This document shows positions 57,426-64,000 of a stretch of 64,000 nucleotides of DNA, piece by piece. Numbering within the stretch: position 1 is the stretch's first letter; each line of letters starts with the position of its first letter. The DNA lies in NCBI GenBank assembly GCA_964016885.1, contig OZ024741.1, forward strand, positions 93,186,001 to 93,250,000. The letters are read 5' to 3'. Below the pieces are notes generated by a model. It was given only the letters and a program-made list of their open reading frames with translations, did not search any database and was not told the DNA's origin. A program made the translations under genes and the position numbers. Source of the DNA: Eledone cirrhosa (taxonomy: Eukaryota).

Positions 57426-58056
57426 TATGGTAAAGAATAATCCTTGTTGGATAGTTTATCAATATAGACGTGAAGGAAAGTCCCTCGTCTATTTACCATT
57501 TTCGTAAGTGAGAGGATAGGTACTCCATAGAATTATAACAAGTGAGTGGGTGTGTGAGTAGACAAGATAATAACCACAACGAGAGTTCTATTCAACAATG
57601 TAAATAAGGATGATGTTTATTTTGTCTATTATGTGTTTGTTATATTACAAATGAAACAACATACCAATATAGACGTGATCAGTTGAAATGAAGGCAACGT
57701 ATTACAATTGTCGTGGGTCACCAATGTAACGCCCACGTCTGGGTCACCAATGTGACGGGACCAGTAAAGTGAAATCAGTTATGAGCCAGTGCTCGGCCAA
57801 CACTATCCTTGTGGCTTCGGCATAGGAGTTCAGTGTATTGACATCTGTGTGATCTCGTGGTCCAAAGGCTGTCTGCTGTTTCGTGGTACAAAGGCCGTCT
57901 GCTGTTTCGTGGTACAAAGGCCGTCTGCTGTTTGCTGTCTCCGTGGCTTGTCTGAGAAAGTAATACTGCTGCTTACTTAAATAGTGTTCTCAACCAGGGG
58001 GAGACAACTAGGTCTGGTCCATTATCCGACAGGGGGGCATAAGGCGTCTTACTACA
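57426..58056 (-). mobile_element. Probable solo LTR (631 bp) with 4-bp TSD AAGT
   Basis: AAGT at 57422-57425 and 58057-58060. Termini TATGGTAA / TTACTACA form an imperfect TG..CA inverted repeat. Minus strand has a TATTTAA box and AATAAA. Removing it restores the pLTR sequence aatgaagtaattccgtcgg. Confidence 0.65.
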
Positions 58057-58277
58057 AAGTAATTCCGTCGGAAAGGTACAGGAAAAACGAGTGCTCTATG
58101 TAGGTTACAGAGCTTATTAGTTATGTAATAAACAACATAAGATAATTATTTCATTTACCAGTGGTTTCTTGAAAGCAAACAAATCTGCTTTCAGTCATCA
58201 GAATGAAAAAATCCTGGTGTTTTTATTGAAACTGGATTTGAAAACAAAAATATAAGAAATATGAAAGTGAGGCTGAG
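58057..58277 (-). repeat. Diverged copy of the pLTR of the 46690 element
   Basis: Reverse complement aligns with 46690-46905. Confidence 0.85.
58149..58208 (-). ncRNA. Type I hammerhead ribozyme, homolog of 46759-46819
   Basis: Minus strand reads TTTCATT-CTGATGA-CTGAAAGCAGA tttg TTTGCTTTCAA-GAAA-CC act GG-TA-AATGAAA. Confidence 0.82.
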
Positions 58278-58322
58278 GGAAGAAGATAATAAGTATATCA
58301 ATGCACATACACACACACACAC

Positions 58323-58380
<58 letters not shown>

Positions 58381-58996
58381 TCATCATCATCGTTTAACGT
58401 CCACCTTCCACAATTGCATGGGTTTGGATATATATATACAAATATAAATTAGCGAGAATCGCATTTCGGTTATTGGAAATTAGTGAAAAACAACTTCCGA
58501 GATGCGTGGCAAGTGCTCCATAGAAACAAGTGAACTAGAGCAACAACGTACGTTAAAAGGCCAAACATACTGAGACGATGGTTAAACCATTATCCGCAAA
58601 GCCATAGAAACGACCAAGCTATTCGGGTCAAACAAATAATAAAATATGATTGAAAATTATACCCGGACCTCTGGAAATGGTGGTAAAATCCAGTATGGGG
58701 TTTCTGCAACTCCTAAATCAGGTATTGTCTACTTAAACAAATAATGTTAAGCTTTTGGTATGATGATCGAACAAGGAAGTCACTTTTTCAACAGGCATTT
58801 AGTTCTATGCAAAGCTAAGTAACTGACCGTTATCTGAACCCATGTCTTGGCGGATGAATTCAGTATGTGTGGTTATTGCAAAATTGCAAAATATCACAAA
58901 ACGAATTAAGCTCTCAACAGAATAGTTTTTTAAATTAACAAGCTATTAATCAGTCAATAGAATTATACACACATAAAAAATACATACCTGAAAAAA

Positions 58997-59430
58997 GAAC
59001 AGCAACGGCTCTCGCAAATAAAGTGTTGGAATTCAAAGACAAAAACATTCCGTACACTATCGATTGGTCTATTTTAGACCATTCAAGAGAATACCAAAGG
59101 GGCACAAAGAATTGTTCTTTGTGCACCACGGAAAAAAGCCACTTCCACTTGCCTTAACTCCAAGACCGAGATCTTCAGATGTTGTTCTTACCTGAAATCG
59201 CATCTACTTTGTAACTGGATTGACATTCCTACGATGACTCAACCACCTTGAACGTCTTCTTTACTCATTACGCCTCACATCCACTACGATTATTATTACT
59301 CTCTGAACTCACATTCTTTACCCATATATTCTTTTTCTCCCTCATTTCTTATATTTATATTTTTTTCCCTATGATATTTATATTTCTGTTGACTTATATT
59401 CCCCCCTACTTTCTACCTTACCCTTTACAC
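58997..59430 (+). pseudogene. 3' fragment of the 47014-49088 PLE family
   Basis: Aligns with 48811-49260 (ATALA.KV.EFKDKNIPY.IDWSILDHSREYQRGTKNCSLC), with a small deletion. Confidence 0.85.
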
Positions 59431-60199
59431 ACCCACCTCATATATATATATAGATATATATGTGCTTATGTGAGTGTGTATATATTGTGCATGTATATGA
59501 ATGTTTATGTATATATGTTTATGTATGTATATAATATTAAGGATACTATTTATAGTTATGTATATTTTAAACTATAAACAGGGAAGGTCAGTAATTTATT
59601 ACTACCTTATTACCAGTAAGATAAATAGCTCAATGTAAGAACATCAGTTGTTCTACAGAGCAGTTATATAGAATTTACAAGAATCAAAGCTATGTTCAAA
59701 GCATTTTTTCACTTACAATTGTTTCATCCAAACCTAGGCTTGGAGTCTTCAGAGCATTTTTCAATGCTTGTACATATAATTGACCTCCTATCCAACGCAA
59801 GAGACATACAGATACATATATATATATTGATGTACAGTGGAGTAACATATATAATACTATACTATATTTGTACAGCAATTCAAATTTAAAATCAAAATTA
59901 AAATACATGCAGCAGATAATGCAAGAGGATAGTTCGATAATCAGATCTAGTAGATAGTGTATGCGTTAGTCATACATGGAGCATGCAAGTGTGTCTCATT
60001 TATATACGAGTATTGTGTGGCAAGGTGTTACATGTAATGCAAGCACTTTAAGCAGGTAAGCAAGAGTATTATGGTGGTTGTAGTGGGAGGGTATTTTTTG
60101 TATAGATCAAAAAAGTATGTGTGCAGAAAAAGAAAAAGAAAGTTATAGTTTTCGCAACCACCGCCATTTTCACATTCAGAAAAAGGAAGTTATAGTTTT

Positions 60200-63100
60200 C
60201 ACATCCATCATATATGTTACGTGTGAATTTTGACGCAAGTCTTTGAGAGTTCGGTCTAGAGCCTCAAACGCTGCCTTGTGACTCATTGTAGCCTCGTCCC
60301 AAATGATTAAACAGCACTCAGAAAGAAGGTATCCTTTAGAGTCTCCACGATTTATTTTGCAGGTAGGATTCTCCTTCTTTGCAAGGTCCATAGGCAATTG
60401 GAATGCGGAGTGTGCCGTACGACCGCCATGTAACAATGTCGCCGCAATACCACTTGAGGCGACTGCTAAAGCAATCTGCCTGTCTTTCTGCAGCTTTGCA
60501 AGCATCCAAGAAGAATAGCCGTCCCTCATTTGAAATGATACTGGCAAGAATTCTGTCATACGCCCGTCTCTGCTCAGGCAAAAGTCTGGGTTCATCTTGA
60601 GCAACCTTATCTATCAATTCCTCGATGTTGTAATTCAACTCAAGCATGAACTCCACATCTAAAGCACCGTCTTTATGTACAGGTTGTGGCAAACCGAATT
60701 CTAATACAACTCCAACAGATGTTAGACGTTTATCCATGTCAATGAGGGCCTCATTGTATACATTGGCGTTGTAATGAAAGTCAGCCGCTGGTGCCCTTGC
60801 TCGTACTCTACGCAGGATGTCCTCTGACATGCTGTCCTTGTGCGTTTCCCATAGCTTAAGTGGCTCACCAACATTGCAGAACAGTAACATATTGCAAAAC
60901 AAACGACACATTTCTCGTGGCATTTTACATTCAGCAGCTTCTGTCAATGCCATGTTCAGGTGGTCATCGTCCTCGAGCAGCCCGCGCTTCACGCAAGCCT
61001 CCCTGTAAGTGGAACAAATGTAGCCGTCTGAAAGTCTGAGGTCTGCAAATGACTTGGGTCCTTTGATTCGATGGAGCAGCATTCTCAAAAAAAAGCATTC
61101 CTGTTGCTTCGGATGAACGTTGTACACACGTCCGATGGCATTACTTTTGAATACACCTGCCCAATTCTCAATTGCCTCCCCCTGTCGCCGCCGATGCCAA
61201 TTTTTGTTCGACCAAGTGAAGTAGTACCTCGACGTAAAAGAGGGTAAGTGCAAACTCATCGACAGAACAAAGCTTAAAAAATGCTGTAAGAGTGGTCTCT
61301 GGTGGCTGTTGTGCAGCAAGTGTGGCCTTTTCCTCCGTGAAATAAACGCTGTCCATTCTGTAAGTGAACATCCAAGTTAACAACTGTAGGAGAGCACTTT
61401 TGAATCTCAAGTTCAAAAATACGCCAAGCCGCCATATTGGACGAAATGTACTTTCCCATCACATATTGATTAATTTTGTCTGTCGGTTGCATGAGGCCCA
61501 CCACCGCCATGTCGCCGCCTTTGTTGATGTATTTGCAAGTGTATTTAATACTTTTGACAGATGTGCAGCACTCCACGTTGATGTGAGCATTGAAAATTTT
61601 AGCAAGCAAAGGGCTATAAGGCACTACCCAGCTGTTGTCAGCCTCGTAGGTTATCCCATCCCTCATAACCATAGCTGTACAGCCGCCAAAATCAGGAGCA
61701 AGCCGCCGGTAGATGGGGTAGCTGTCAACCCCAGTGCAAGTTTCCCTCGAGAAGGCCCTAGGGTAGTGTTTGGTGCACTTGTTGCCCTCCATACACAATT
61801 TTTTGCTGTTGAGGGCACCACAGTGTCCATGTATCATATTCGCAAGAATCATGTTGTGAAGCTGCGAGTCAATATCGGGATCGGGCAACTCTGCACATAT
61901 AACTCGATCAATGTCCGCAGGTCTGACTCGTTCTTTGCACCAAGTGAGAATATGTGCGTGTGGAAGACGCCGCTTCTGCCATTCCACAGTATACATCCAA
62001 GCATTGAAAATGTTCTTGTCTTTCAGGAAGGACATCAGTTTTTTCAACTTACCGTGGAAAACTCTGGCTGTAATATCATGCCTGTCACTCATCTGTTGGC
62101 GCGCGAATAAATTCTCCTTAATTTCCACCCAATTTGGATTACATGTGAAGGTAATGAAAAGATCTGGCCGCCCAAAGTTACGGACATACGCCATGGCATC
62201 CTGTGTCCGTTTATGCATGTACCGGGGTGAGCCAGTGAAGCTTGAAAGAAGGATCACCCGATGTCCAATGTTTTTTGCGTCACCGTCACGCTGCAAAGTA
62301 TCCGAAGATGAGCGTAATCAACCGCTCTTAGTTCGGTCTGATGGGTACGTATGTACAAAAGACGTTCCGCTTCAATCTTGGCGTACATATCAACCAAGAA
62401 CTGGTTTGTCACCTGGTTTGAACCTCAATTGTTGGTTGAATTGACCGTCTCTGACCATAAGTCTGTATGAATAAAAGTCCATACTGGAAACGTTTTTTGG
62501 CAAAGGATTAAGACTTGTCGGGTTAACTTGATGTATCTGCAAATAGTATCCATCCTCGCCGTAGGGAAACAGCAGTGAGTATTGCAAACAATCGTAGGAC
62601 CGATGGGTTTCCGCCACGAACGTGAGTCTGTTATCGCGGTGCTGAATGTTGATGTCACGTTTGCCATGAATTTCATCAACCATGATCGCTGCTACCTCAT
62701 TGGTAGTTGGAGCGTTGAAACGTCCAGGATGCTCATCAGCAGGAGGTCTGTCAACTCTGATGACCAATTTCATCTCAGGTCTTGAATCCAAAAGCTCCAA
62801 AGCACTCTTCAGTTCACAGACGTACGGGTGGGTTGCGTGGAGCATGGCTTGAAATTCCGCAATAATGTTTTGGTCAATAAGAGAATTATTCTTGCATCTG
62901 TGGGAAAGCTCCTCATCATTCCCGCCCATGAAGAATACCTGCAAGAATTTCGGTTCCTCTCCTTGTTGTGGTCGAAGGCTTCCCATTAGATGGTAACACT
63001 GCCCTTGAATTTTGTAGGTGTAGAGTTTTCTCTCAGCCTTGTGTCATTGTTTCGAGAAGTACTGGTGACAGCAGTTTCGTCAGTGCTTGTTCTTCTATTT

Positions 63101-63715
63101 CTGCCATCCCTTACACCGGGATAGCAAAGCAAGCATTGTACTTCCAAATGTTGTTGCGAAAGTGCACTCCGTGGGTAGAGTTATCAATGAGAAGATATTG
63201 GAGAAAATGAGGAGGATCAGCCAACGCTGGAAGTCGAACCTTGCCCCCGAAACAGTAAAGACCTGGAGCCTCACCTACCCACTTCTTTGCTTCACAGAAC
63301 TGACATACCTTATCCATTTTTCCAAGAGTCATATCCGTGCGATTGTTGTAGTCATAAGCAGGATTGTGGTTGAAGCCAGCTTTTGACCAAAAGGTGTCCC
63401 TTGTAGCAGCAGCATGTTCCTGGCGTCTACGCCGTCTCGATGCCTGTCTTCCCTTGCCTCCGCAGTTTCGTTGAGAAGTGATTGTTGCCATCGAGTGCGC
63501 AGGTCCTGTAAACGGGCCTCTCTGGCCTCCGCAGTCTCGTTGAGAAGTAATTGTTGACGTCGAGTGCGGTGATCAGCAAGGTGGGCCTCCCTTACCTCTG
63601 AAGTTTCCGCCAAACGTGAGCATTGTGGTTAAATGAGCTGAGAAGAAAGACGGGACTCCCTTGCCTCTGAAGTCTCCTCCAGAATTGTGCTTTGGTGCTG
63701 ATGGAGCTGCTCATA
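60200..63715 (-). pseudogene. Helitron Rep/Helicase, disrupted and 3'-truncated
   Basis: N-terminal ET.E.RE.RL repeats and C..C.A.KW.GE finger. Rep motifs SFTGSPRYM, GRPDLFITFTCNP, VEWQKRRLPHAH, KSIKY..KY..KG. PIF1 motifs ASSGIAATLL.GGRTAHS, IIWDEA. Confidence 0.93.
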
Positions 63716-64000
63716 AGGAGAGGTTGCCTAAATGGGTAAAAAAAAAATAACCGACATTGATGTGATCTATTAGCTGTGTGTGGGCATCTTATTCAACATT
63801 ATAATGGAAAAACAATATTAAAAGAAGACATAAAGGCGAATTAGCCATCGAAGTAGTCATACAATAACTGTAAATGTAGAAGGTGATAGTTTATTAACAG
63901 CAAAATAGCAATGTCGATGATATGCAAGTTTAAAAATGCAGATTATGAAGGTTTGTATGATAGTTTACACTTTGATTGTCTTGGTCAACAAGAGGGGCCT

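Noticed and set aside
58450-60170. Unique-looking stretches (58450-58970, 59590-60170) as possible exons
   Set aside because: No credible ORF, motif or structure was recognised, so they are left unassigned.

Overview
This is AT-rich, gene-free animal DNA made almost entirely of transposable elements embedded in (TA)n/(CA)n microsatellite. The repeat inventory suggests a mollusc, possibly an octopus/cephalopod (inference only). Retroelements: several RTE-clade LINEs (APE + RT with an inserted PHD-like finger), tRNA/CORE-type SINEs sharing an RTE 3' tail, several Penelope-like elements (Naiad-like YRDD type, one Neptune-like, others), a decayed L1/Tx1 LINE and a solo LTR. DNA transposons: two piggyBac copies with TTAA TSDs, a Tigger/pogo fragment, and autonomous-type and non-autonomous Helitrons. 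There is also a ~385-bp tandem repeat. The main signal absent from the ORF track is about a dozen hammerhead ribozyme (HHR) motifs found by eye, about seven with all three stems recognisable. They include U3:A8 core variants, a ~306-bp retrozyme-like unit, a 1.75-kb inverted-repeat element with an HHR in each arm, and an HHR split at its cleavage site by a piggyBac insertion. No host protein-coding gene was recognised. The many [12 protein letters not shown] ORFs are microsatellite artefacts.
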